Source: Candidatus Latescibacterota bacterium (GTDB lineage Bacteria > Latescibacterota > UBA2968 > UBA8231). Taken from it: a stretch of DNA of 64,000 nt. The position numbers and the translations under genes were made by a program. Positions within the stretch are counted from its first letter, which is position 1, and each line of letters starts with the position of its first letter. Below are positions 10,254 to 17,866 of this stretch, piece by piece. The DNA is taken from assembly GCA_965217585.1 (NCBI GenBank), contig OZ244561.1:6016001-6080000 (forward strand), read 5' to 3'. The notes beneath the pieces were generated by a model. That model did not search any database. It had not been told where the DNA came from and saw only the letters and a program-made list of their open reading frames with translations.

Positions 10254-11117
10254 ATGGCCAAGACAGATCTCGCCGAATACCCAGTCCTGACCCAGGAGCA
10301 ACGCGCTTTTTTCGACGAAAACGGCTATTTTATCGTCGAAAATGCCATTCAACCGGTTGGTCTTGAGCGCGTGCGCCAGGCGTTTGCACGCCGCGAGGCC
10401 GAAACCAGGGCCGAGTGGGCACAGTCCGTCCGCGACGGCACTTTCAGAGCCGGGAATGGCAACGGTCCCAACGCCCATACCATCATTCCAGACTTCGACA
10501 GCGATATTACTATCCTCGACCTAGCCAACAACCCCAAAGTCATCCCACTAGTGCAACAGTCCATCGGCCCCGAATACCAGGTCATGGAAATGCTCTATCA
10601 CAACCACCACGCCGGTACATCCGCTCATACCAGATGGCACCGCGACTGGCCCCCTTGGTCGCATCCGACCTATTCCTTCAAGATCAAAGTCTTTTACTTT
10701 CTCGATGACCAGGACGAAACCATGGGCTGTTTCTCCCTGGTGCCCGGCACGCACAAAAGTCCCGCAGACCCTCCCAAAGATCAGTACACGAGCGAAAACC
10801 TCGAAACCATGCCTGGCTACAAAAAGATGGCGCTCAACGCCGGCGATGCCGTGCTCTGGAACGTCGCCTGCTGGCACACCGGTCTGGCCAACACCAGCAC
10901 CCGCGACCGCCGTTCGGTCGTTTTTGGCTACCAGCCTTTTTTCATCAAAAAATGGGGTGTCGAGCCCCCACCACAGACTATCGTCGATTGGGCTGATACG
11001 CCGTATAAACGCCAACTCATGGGCATCCACTGCGTGCATGGCCGCCGAGCTTGGGACCGCAGCGACGTGCCCTATCTGCTCGAACACGAAGAAATCGCAA
11101 TGGCAAAACCATTTTGA
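10254..11117 (+). CDS. PhyH family Fe(II)/2OG dioxygenase
   Basis: Start moved to ATG 10254 (AAGGAG RBS); 'FFDENGYFIVEN', WHRD, 'LVPGTHK', distal His (CWHTG). Confidence 0.85.
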   Translation: MAKTDLAEYPVLTQEQRAFFDENGYFIVENAIQPVGLERVRQAFARREAETRAEWAQSVRDGTFRAGNGNGPNAHTIIPDFDSDITILDLANNPKVIPLVQQSIGPEYQVMEMLYHNHHAGTSAHTRWHRDWPPWSHPTYSFKIKVFYFLDDQDETMGCFSLVPGTHKSPADPPKDQYTSENLETMPGYKKMALNAGDAVLWNVACWHTGLANTSTRDRRSVVFGYQPFFIKKWGVEPPPQTIVDWADTPYKRQLMGIHCVHGRRAWDRSDVPYLLEHEEIAMAKPF

Positions 11118-11233
11118 GCAGTTGCAATCGACAGGTTTGCCGTTAGAACATCCAACATTACCCAGCCTCGCCTGACGGATCGCACTCGCCCGAGCGGCAC
11201 CGACCCCACTCTGGCAACTGTTTGAAAAAGGAG

Positions 11234-11279
11234 GTAGGGCGCTGGGGACCGTCGCCTAAAACCGACGGTCCCCAGCGCC
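11234..11279. repeat. GTAG-preceded 17-bp perfect hairpin (REP-like or terminator-like)
   Basis: GTAG then GGCGCTGGGGACCGTCG (11238-11254) / CGACGGTCCCCAGCGCC (11263-11279). Confidence 0.55.
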
Positions 11280-11287
11280 GAATTGTT

Positions 11288-13840
11288 ATGGAAATCGAGC
11301 GCCTCATCCCACCAGATGCTCCGGTCGCAACCAAACCCTTTACTGCCTGGAGCGGAAAGTGGATCTGGACGGCCGACCCCACCGAAGGGGAAGGCGATTT
11401 CGTCTACTTTCGGCGCGAGTTTGAGCTGTCGAGCGTTCCTCCAGCCGCGGTCCTGCGCAGCGCTGCGGACCGCGAATACGCCCTGTGGGTCAACGGACAT
11501 TTTGTGGGTCGTGGCCTGCTTTCCGACCCACGCTTCAAACGCTACGACACCCGCGATGTCAGTGCGTTGCTGCGCCGGGGCAAGAACTGCATTGCCGCTC
11601 TGGTGTACCACGATGTCTCGATCCACCGGTGGACCGTGTGTCCCGAGGCGCACGGCTTGCTGTGCCAACTGGAAGCGGGTGAGTTTACCCTCATTAGCGA
11701 TGAGGACTGGGCCGCGCGGCGCAGTGAAGCCTATCTCGCCGGAGTGCGCTTTGACGATACGACCATGGCGGAGATTTACGATAGTCGCCAGACACCCGCA
11801 GGCTGGGAGCAGATCGGCTTTGACGATACCCAGTGGCCGTGCGCTGTGGCGGTTATTGCAAGGGTACACCGCCTCTTCAGGGCCAAGAGGCCACAGGCCC
11901 GATTCTTTCCCTGGATTCACTTGGTGCCTGCGGATGTGGCCGAGCACGCGTACAAGCGCCGCCTCCCGGTCCGCGTAGTGCAGTGTGGAGAGGTCCTGCA
12001 GCGGCGGGAAGCCAGTCCGCAAGACGTCGCCGTGCGCTTGAGTCTGGAGCAGGTGGAGCCGTGCGAGAAAGCCAAGGTGGAGCACGTCGAAGCGCTGTTG
12101 GAGGATGGCGCATCTGCCGTCATCGTGCGCAATTCAGATCCAAATGAAAGCGGCGATACCTTTGATGGACTGCGCAATGCCACCGTGGTGCTGGACTTTG
12201 GTCAGCTAATGAACGCACGCCTAGGTTTTCGCCTCAAGGCACCGGCGGGAGCCAAGATCGACATTGGTTATTCCTATCGCTTGGAAGATGGTCGGGTAAT
12301 ACCCTATGTGTCTCTGCGCACACCTATGGCCGACCAGTACACCACTAGGGAAGGGGAACAGGAGTGGCAGACCTTTCAGTGGCGCCACTGCCGCTATGTG
12401 CAACTCACCTTCAGAGACCTGCACGGGGAGATCGAACTCTTCAATGTGTGGGCCGAGGAGGTGCGCAACCCCTTTGCGGAACGCGGCGAGTTCGTCTGCT
12501 GCGACCAACTGTTGAACCAGGCCTTTGTCATGTCGCGGCGCACGGCCGATCTATGCGTGGTGGACCACACTATGGACAATCCTTCGCGCGAGCGGCGGCA
12601 GCACGGCGGCGACTGCAGCGGTATCCTGCGGGTTTTCTGGGCTTGCTTTGGCGATGTGGCCGTGGGCCGCAAATACTTTGTGCAGCACATGGAAGGCCAG
12701 CACGGCACCGGAATACACCGGGGTGCCTATCCCGGCGTCGAAGAGGCCGAAGAGTCGCTCATGGGGCACACGCTCAGTTTCGTGCTGCGTCTGTACGAAC
12801 ACTACATGCTCTACGCCGATGCGGACCTGGTGGCGCGTCTGTGGCTGGGAATCGAGCGCTTGGTAGAAATGTGCCATTCCTTTCTGGACGAGGAAGGACT
12901 CATGCCGCTGCCGCCCTATGGGATCTTTTTCGACTGGGCCGATCTGCAGCGCGAGGACTACCCCTTTATCCTCAATGCTTGGTGCTGCGAGGTGCTGCGG
13001 CGCGCGGCGGTCCTGGGGGAGGCCGTGGGACGGACTGCGCAGGTAGCGCGTTGGCGCGCTGCAGAGCGCCTTCTCGCAGAAGGGCTGCGCGAGTGCTGGT
13101 GGAACGAGGAGCGAGGCGCGTTCTCCGACTGTCTGACCGACGCCAAGGCAAGCGAGCACATCAGTGAGCACGCCAATTCTCTGGCCATAATCTTTGGGAT
13201 TGCCACGAGCGCCCAGACGCAGCGGATTATGGATGCGTACTCAAAGGACCGCGCAGCCTTTGGAGCGGCATCGCCGGGCTGGATACACCTGCCGGAGGCC
13301 TTTATTCGCGCCGGACGCGTGGATTTGGCCATCGACTGGATCCATCGTCATTTCTCGCGTCTGATCGCCATGGGGTTGGAGACCGTGCCGGAGGTGTGGA
13401 CCCTCTACGGGGAGCAGACACCGGGCACGTGGCGCTGCCGCAATAGTCGGGCGGTGGCGCAGGGGGCGGGATTGGGGGTGCCGTGGGCGCTGTTGACGGA
13501 ACTGTGCGGCATCCAGCCGCTCGAGCCGGGATTCCAGACCGTGCGCTTTGCACCGCAGCCCGGTCCACTGGAGTCCTTCAGGGGTTCGTTTCCGGGCCCG
13601 GACGGAGAATACAGCCTGGCGTACGAGAAGCGCAATGGCGAGTCCGTTGTCGAGATCGCCTTGCCCAGGGAGAAGCCGGTCGTGCTGGACCTTCCCTTTG
13701 CCGCAGCAGGGGCAATCTTCGACGTCGATGGCCGGCGACTAAAGCCCGACGAGACGATTGAGATGCCCAATGGCGCACCCGCACCGAGGTTTCATCTGCG
13801 CGGCAGACGGGAGTACCAAATCGGGGTTATAGGGCCTTAG
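11288..13840 (+). CDS. Glycoside hydrolase family 78 (alpha-L-rhamnosidase-like)
   Basis: 'KWIW...YFRREF', 'AADREYALWVNG', 'VVLDFGQ', catalytic-region 'DNPSRERRQHGGD', 'SEHANSLAI', 'GIQPLEPGF'; start set to ATG 11288. Confidence 0.85.
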   Translation: MEIERLIPPDAPVATKPFTAWSGKWIWTADPTEGEGDFVYFRREFELSSVPPAAVLRSAADREYALWVNGHFVGRGLLSDPRFKRYDTRDVSALLRRGKNCIAALVYHDVSIHRWTVCPEAHGLLCQLEAGEFTLISDEDWAARRSEAYLAGVRFDDTTMAEIYDSRQTPAGWEQIGFDDTQWPCAVAVIARVHRLFRAKRPQARFFPWIHLVPADVAEHAYKRRLPVRVVQCGEVLQRREASPQDVAVRLSLEQVEPCEKAKVEHVEALLEDGASAVIVRNSDPNESGDTFDGLRNATVVLDFGQLMNARLGFRLKAPAGAKIDIGYSYRLEDGRVIPYVSLRTPMADQYTTREGEQEWQTFQWRHCRYVQLTFRDLHGEIELFNVWAEEVRNPFAERGEFVCCDQLLNQAFVMSRRTADLCVVDHTMDNPSRERRQHGGDCSGILRVFWACFGDVAVGRKYFVQHMEGQHGTGIHRGAYPGVEEAEESLMGHTLSFVLRLYEHYMLYADADLVARLWLGIERLVEMCHSFLDEEGLMPLPPYGIFFDWADLQREDYPFILNAWCCEVLRRAAVLGEAVGRTAQVARWRAAERLLAEGLRECWWNEERGAFSDCLTDAKASEHISEHANSLAIIFGIATSAQTQRIMDAYSKDRAAFGAASPGWIHLPEAFIRAGRVDLAIDWIHRHFSRLIAMGLETVPEVWTLYGEQTPGTWRCRNSRAVAQGAGLGVPWALLTELCGIQPLEPGFQTVRFAPQPGPLESFRGSFPGPDGEYSLAYEKRNGESVVEIALPREKPVVLDLPFAAAGAIFDVDGRRLKPDETIEMPNGAPAPRFHLRGRREYQIGVIGP

Positions 13841-14673
13841 ACCGTTTTATAATCCCAGCACCCCGGAGTATAGGGTTTGCGCTGGAAAAGCTTTTGGCGA
13901 TGGGGACTTGCGTCTTCCAGCCATTCGGGAGAAATGGCTTGGGTGTGCAAGTGAGGGGGACCTGCTTCTTTGAAGATAAAGTTGGTTTGCAGCCGGTATC
14001 TCTGCGGGGAATCCAGAGGTTTGGACGCCACCCCGTGAAAAACTCGGGCGTTGAGAAAGACCATGCTGCCCGGCGGCAGCTCCAAGTGTTCTATTTTGAA
14101 CCGGTGCCCCGCTCGTCGGCCGTATTCCTCTGTGAGCAGTTGCTCGGGCGTGACTTCGAGCGGAGAGATCAAATGGCTTCCGGGGATTATGGACAAACTT
14201 CCATCGCCCCGCCTGAATCCGTTGAGATAGTAGAGCATCTGGATGTACCACTTGTGCCGCTCGGCGAGGTTGACGGGATTTTCGTGTTTCCAGTGGTGGT
14301 GGTCCTGGTGGAAACCAAGGCCCCCGGCACCGCGCATGTGCACATTGAAGAGCGAATGACAAAAGTGATACTCTGCGCCAATCACCGTCTGCAATAATGC
14401 GGTTACCAAGGGCGCGTCGAAGAGTTGCCTGGCACAAGGCCCCTTGTCGCTCCACGGCCGTTCGCCAAAGCGATTGGGCCTGGGCAAATTCGCGAGTTCT
14501 GCGGCGGTTTTGGCGAGAAATTCCGCGACCTGCTGGCGGCTGAGTATCTCAGCGGTCAATGCGGCAAGCCCCGCGTCGGTAAACACCGCGGGAAAGACGG
14601 CGTAGCCGTTTTCATGGAAAGCGTCTATAGCCTCTTGGGAAGGTGTTGCAATGCGAAACATAGCACCGACCAT
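13837..14673 (-). CDS. PhyH family Fe(II)/2OG dioxygenase
   Basis: 'AFHENGYAVFP', FHQD, 'IIPGSH', distal His (VFHGV); start uncertain (14673 or 14661). Confidence 0.85.
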   Translation of the reverse strand: MVGAMFRIATPSQEAIDAFHENGYAVFPAVFTDAGLAALTAEILSRQQVAEFLAKTAAELANLPRPNRFGERPWSDKGPCARQLFDAPLVTALLQTVIGAEYHFCHSLFNVHMRGAGGLGFHQDHHHWKHENPVNLAERHKWYIQMLYYLNGFRRGDGSLSIIPGSHLISPLEVTPEQLLTEEYGRRAGHRFKIEHLELPPGSMVFLNARVFHGVASKPLDSPQRYRLQTNFIFKEAGPPHLHTQAISPEWLEDASPHRQKLFQRKPYTPGCWDYKTV

Positions 14674-14828
14674 ATTATTCGGAGTATTCCTTTCCCCCAC
14701 CGTTTTGTGGATTGATCAGTCGCTAGCGTCCCGGGATGGTCGTCGCCGGACCCTTCGTTAGCTTTTGCGTCTTTAGGCCGTAAATCCCAAGCCTTTAGGC
14801 TTTGGATATAAGGGTTTGGCTTTAGCCT

Positions 14829-14858
14829 TTCGTCCCCCATACGTTCGTCCCCCATACG
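14829..14858. repeat. Exact 15-bp tandem duplication
   Basis: TTCGTCCCCCATACG at 14829-14843 and 14844-14858. Confidence 0.9.
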
Positions 14859-15034
14859 GAGGACGGACTGCTCTGCAATTTTCCTCTTGTGCTCGTGGTA
14901 TTATTAACTGACGTTACGCAGTAGCTCTCTATCTTGTGGTTTATCGCAGACTGTTGACCCAAGATGTTGGGGTGAAATCGAGAATTTTCTGAAAAACTGC
15001 GTAACATCACTTATTAAGCTGTATCGTAATTGTT

Positions 15035-16156
15035 ATGCCTAAAGCGTATCAATATCGGCTGTATCCAAGCAAGCAACAAGCGCGTGTACTGGTTGAGCAC
15101 CTCGAAGCCTGCCGCCGCCTGTACAACTGCTTGCTCTGCGACCGAGTTCAGGCGTGGAAGGAGCGCCATGAGTCGGTTGGATACCTTGAGCAAAAGCGCA
15201 AGATTCCCTTTCTCAAGTCGGACTGGCCGCCTTTGGGAAAGGTTCATTCTCAGGTGCTGCAAAACGTGGCCATGCGTGTTGATCTGGCGTTTAAAGCCTT
15301 CTTCCGTCGCTGCAAAGAAGGTGAAGCCCCCGGCTTTCCTCGCTACAAGGGTGCAGGCCGATACGATAGCCTCACCTACCCACAACAGCCGGGATTCGAA
15401 CTCAAGGGCGAGAGGTTGCGCCTCGGTAAGGTTGGCTTGGTGAAGCTGCGCCTGTCCCGTCCGCTTGAAGGGACGCCAAAAACCTGCACTGTGCGACGTA
15501 GTGCTACGGGCAAATGGTATGCCTCGATAATCTGCGAGCAGGAAGCCAAGCCGCTGCCCGAATCGACCGAAGCGGTGGGCATTGATGTAGGGCTTGAGAA
15601 GTTTGCTGCCTTGAGCACAAGGGAGCAAATAGCCAACCCGCGCTTTTTTCGCACGGATGAGTGGGCACTAGCTAAAGCGCAGCGTAAGCTGGCTCGGTGC
15701 GAAAGGGGGACGCCGGAGCGAGCCAAGGCGCGGTGTCAGGTGGCGCGAGTGCATGAGCGGATTCGCTTCCGTCGGCTCGATTTTGCTCACCAGTTGGCGC
15801 GGAAGATGGTTGAACGCTTTGGCTTTATCGCGGTAGAGGATCTTAAAATCAATGGCATGGTACATAACCATCGCCTCGCTAAATCCATTCACGACGCGGC
15901 GTGGTCGCAATTTCGGCAGTGCCTGTCCTACAAAGCGGCAGAGGCTGGTAGGACGTTGGTAGCCGTGAATCCGGCCTATACCTCGCAGGATTGTTCTCAG
16001 TGCGGACACCGACAACGCAAGGCGTTGAGTGATCGGGTGCATGATTGTCCATGCTGCGGTCTTTCTATGGATCGAGATGAAAACGCTGCTTGTAATATCT
16101 TGAGATTGGGGCTGCAATCTCAGCCGGTTGAACCGGCAAGAATCCCTTGCCTTTAG
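15035..16156 (+). CDS. tnpB: RNA-guided endonuclease TnpB
   Basis: 'KAYQYRLYP' N-terminus, 'PGFPRYK', RuvC-I 'GIDVG', RuvC-II 'AVEDL', Zn finger CSQC...CPCC, RuvC-III 'DRDENAACNI'. Confidence 0.95.
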   Translation: MPKAYQYRLYPSKQQARVLVEHLEACRRLYNCLLCDRVQAWKERHESVGYLEQKRKIPFLKSDWPPLGKVHSQVLQNVAMRVDLAFKAFFRRCKEGEAPGFPRYKGAGRYDSLTYPQQPGFELKGERLRLGKVGLVKLRLSRPLEGTPKTCTVRRSATGKWYASIICEQEAKPLPESTEAVGIDVGLEKFAALSTREQIANPRFFRTDEWALAKAQRKLARCERGTPERAKARCQVARVHERIRFRRLDFAHQLARKMVERFGFIAVEDLKINGMVHNHRLAKSIHDAAWSQFRQCLSYKAAEAGRTLVAVNPAYTSQDCSQCGHRQRKALSDRVHDCPCCGLSMDRDENAACNILRLGLQSQPVEPARIPCL

Positions 16157-16192
16157 GCTTGGGAACAGTCAAACAGTCAGGGTAACGTCGTC
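16000..16192 (+). ncRNA. Predicted TnpB omegaRNA (reRNA): scaffold to 16172, guide from 16173; 5' end approximate
   Basis: Inferred from established TnpB biology (scaffold overlaps tnpB 3' end and right end; guide is the flank after the cleavage site). Not directly observable. Confidence 0.5.
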
Positions 16193-17026
16193 CATTTTGA
16201 CGACCTCTTTGACGTGGGTGTGGAACGCCGGCTCGGTCAGTTCGCGCGTCTCGGGTGAGAGGCGGTCGAGGACTTCCTGCGGAAACGGGTTGATACTGCC
16301 CCGATCATCGCGCCAGTCCTGAGTCTTATAGCGCAGGATGAGGAAGCGGCGATCGCGGTCTTGGGGTTTCCAGGTGAGGACGCCGTGGGTGAGCAATTCG
16401 CTCATGACCAGCATGTCGCCAGCGCGCGGGGTGATGTTGGCCAGCGCCGGGTGCAGTTCGGGCTCGCGGTCGTGGGGATCGACAAAGAATATCTGGTCGC
16501 GCGAGTCGGGGTGCTGGTGATTGTGGTAGCCGGGGCGTTCGAATTCGGCCTTGTGCGAGCCGGGCAGGACGACGATGCCGCCGTCGCCGGGAAAGACGTC
16601 GGTGAAGTACACGAAAACGATGAAATCGTTGCAGAAGATGCGGCCGTCGCGGACCTCGTAGCGCCGGGTCTGCCAGCCGCAGTCCTCGCGCGCGCAGTGC
16701 AACTGGCCGATGGTGGCATCTTCTCGGTAGCGGTTGACCACCAAGCTGCCGCGGTTGAGCCGGGGCCGGCCGCCGGTCAGTTCCTTGATGACGGGCCAAG
16801 AGGCCGAATGCATGGTCAGGGCTTCGAGCGATTTGTCAAAGGAGAAGCCGTTAGAGCAGCCACCACCGTCTGGGCCTTTGGCACAGCCGGGCGGCATTTC
16901 TTCTTTAGGGGTGTGGACTACACGCTCAACGGCCTCCTGGGCGTTGTTCAGTTCTTCCGCACTGAGGGCGTTGGGCAGATGAATGTACCCGGTTACGTCG
17001 AAGAGGTATCGCTGTTCGGGAGTCAT
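16169..17026 (-). CDS. PhyH-fold Fe(II)/2OG enzyme with HxA motif
   Basis: 'YLFDVTGYIHL', LHCARE, 'VLPGSHK', 'LLTHG', 'RRFL'; tandem paralogue of 17023-17844. Confidence 0.85.
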   Translation of the reverse strand: MTPEQRYLFDVTGYIHLPNALSAEELNNAQEAVERVVHTPKEEMPPGCAKGPDGGGCSNGFSFDKSLEALTMHSASWPVIKELTGGRPRLNRGSLVVNRYREDATIGQLHCAREDCGWQTRRYEVRDGRIFCNDFIVFVYFTDVFPGDGGIVVLPGSHKAEFERPGYHNHQHPDSRDQIFFVDPHDREPELHPALANITPRAGDMLVMSELLTHGVLTWKPQDRDRRFLILRYKTQDWRDDRGSINPFPQEVLDRLSPETRELTEPAFHTHVKEVVKMDDVTLTV

Positions 17027-17844
17027 GGGGTTGCCTCCTCCTGAGGAGTCAGGGTGATTTGGTCTTTTTTGACGATTTCTTTGACGTGTTTATAGAATGC
17101 AGGTTCGGTCAGTTCACGCGTCTCAGGCGAGAGTCGATCGAGGATTTCCTGTGGGAATGTTCCCTGGCCAGCGTACTGGGGCTGGTATCTCAGGATGAGG
17201 AAGCGCCGGTCGCGATCTTTGGGCTTCCAGTGCAGGATGCCGTGCGTCAAAAGTTCGGAGATGAAGACCACGTCGCCGGCGCGCGGGGTGATATTGGTAA
17301 AGGCCGGATGTGGTTCGGGGTCGCTTTTATCGTCGACGGGTACGAAGAGATTCGCGGGACGTTCGAATTCGGCTTTGTGCGAGCCGGGGATAACCACCAG
17401 ACCGCCATCGCCGGGCAAGACATCGGTCAAATAGACGAAGGCGATAAACATATCGCAGTAGATGCGCTCGTCGCGGACCTCGTAGCGCGTACTCTGCCAG
17501 CCATACCCTTCGCGGGCGCAGTGCCAGACGCCGAAGTAATCGTGTTTGTGGGTGTTGACCGCCAAGGTGCCATTGTAGAGCCGGGGCTTGTCCGAGGTCA
17601 ATTCCCTGATGATGGGCCAAGTGACCGGGTGTAGGGCCAGGGCTTCGAGGGCTTTGTCAAAGGCGAAGCCGTAGATGTATTTCTCGGGGTTGTCTCCCTT
17701 GAAGCCGGGCGGCCGTTCCTCGTACGGGGTCTGGACATAGCGCTCGGCGGCCTCCTGAGCGTCTTGCAACTCCCGCTCGCTGAGGACATTTTGCAGGTGG
17801 AGATACCCAGTTACATCGAATAGATAGTGCTGTTCAGGAGTCAT
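17023..17844 (-). CDS. PhyH-fold Fe(II)/2OG enzyme with HxA motif
   Basis: 'YLFDVTGYLHL', WHCARE, 'VIPGSHK', 'LLTHG'; 4-bp overlap with downstream paralogue; AAGGA RBS. Confidence 0.85.
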   Translation of the reverse strand: MTPEQHYLFDVTGYLHLQNVLSERELQDAQEAAERYVQTPYEERPPGFKGDNPEKYIYGFAFDKALEALALHPVTWPIIRELTSDKPRLYNGTLAVNTHKHDYFGVWHCAREGYGWQSTRYEVRDERIYCDMFIAFVYLTDVLPGDGGLVVIPGSHKAEFERPANLFVPVDDKSDPEPHPAFTNITPRAGDVVFISELLTHGILHWKPKDRDRRFLILRYQPQYAGQGTFPQEILDRLSPETRELTEPAFYKHVKEIVKKDQITLTPQEEATP

Positions 17845-17866
17845 TTATTTTCCTTTCTAGCGGAGG

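Larger units (their letters stand above)
14762..16172 (+). mobile_element. IS200/IS605-family element carrying tnpB only (IS1341-like); left boundary uncertain (about 14762-14777)
   Basis: Left-end hairpin AAAT-CCCAAGCCTTTAGGCTTGG (14782-14804); right end GAAT-CCCTTGCCTTTAGGCTTGGG-AACAG-TCAA (16140-16172), matching the IS608 GAAT/TCAA guide-cleavage arrangement; no tnpA inside. Confidence 0.8.

Noticed and set aside
11072-12085. 337-aa minus-strand ORF
   Set aside because: Antisense shadow of the GH78 gene with no motifs.
14822-15010. 62-aa ORF as TnpA
   Set aside because: No HUH motif or catalytic Tyr helix; too short.
15035-16156. TnpB as Cas12f or a nuclease-dead TldR
   Set aside because: No CRISPR array nearby, IS ends present and all three RuvC acidic residues intact.
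17044-17063. Paralogue 3' end as a self-target of the TnpB guide
   Set aside because: Only a partial match (AGTCAGGGT), mismatched at the TAM-proximal bases and with no TTAG-like motif adjacent.
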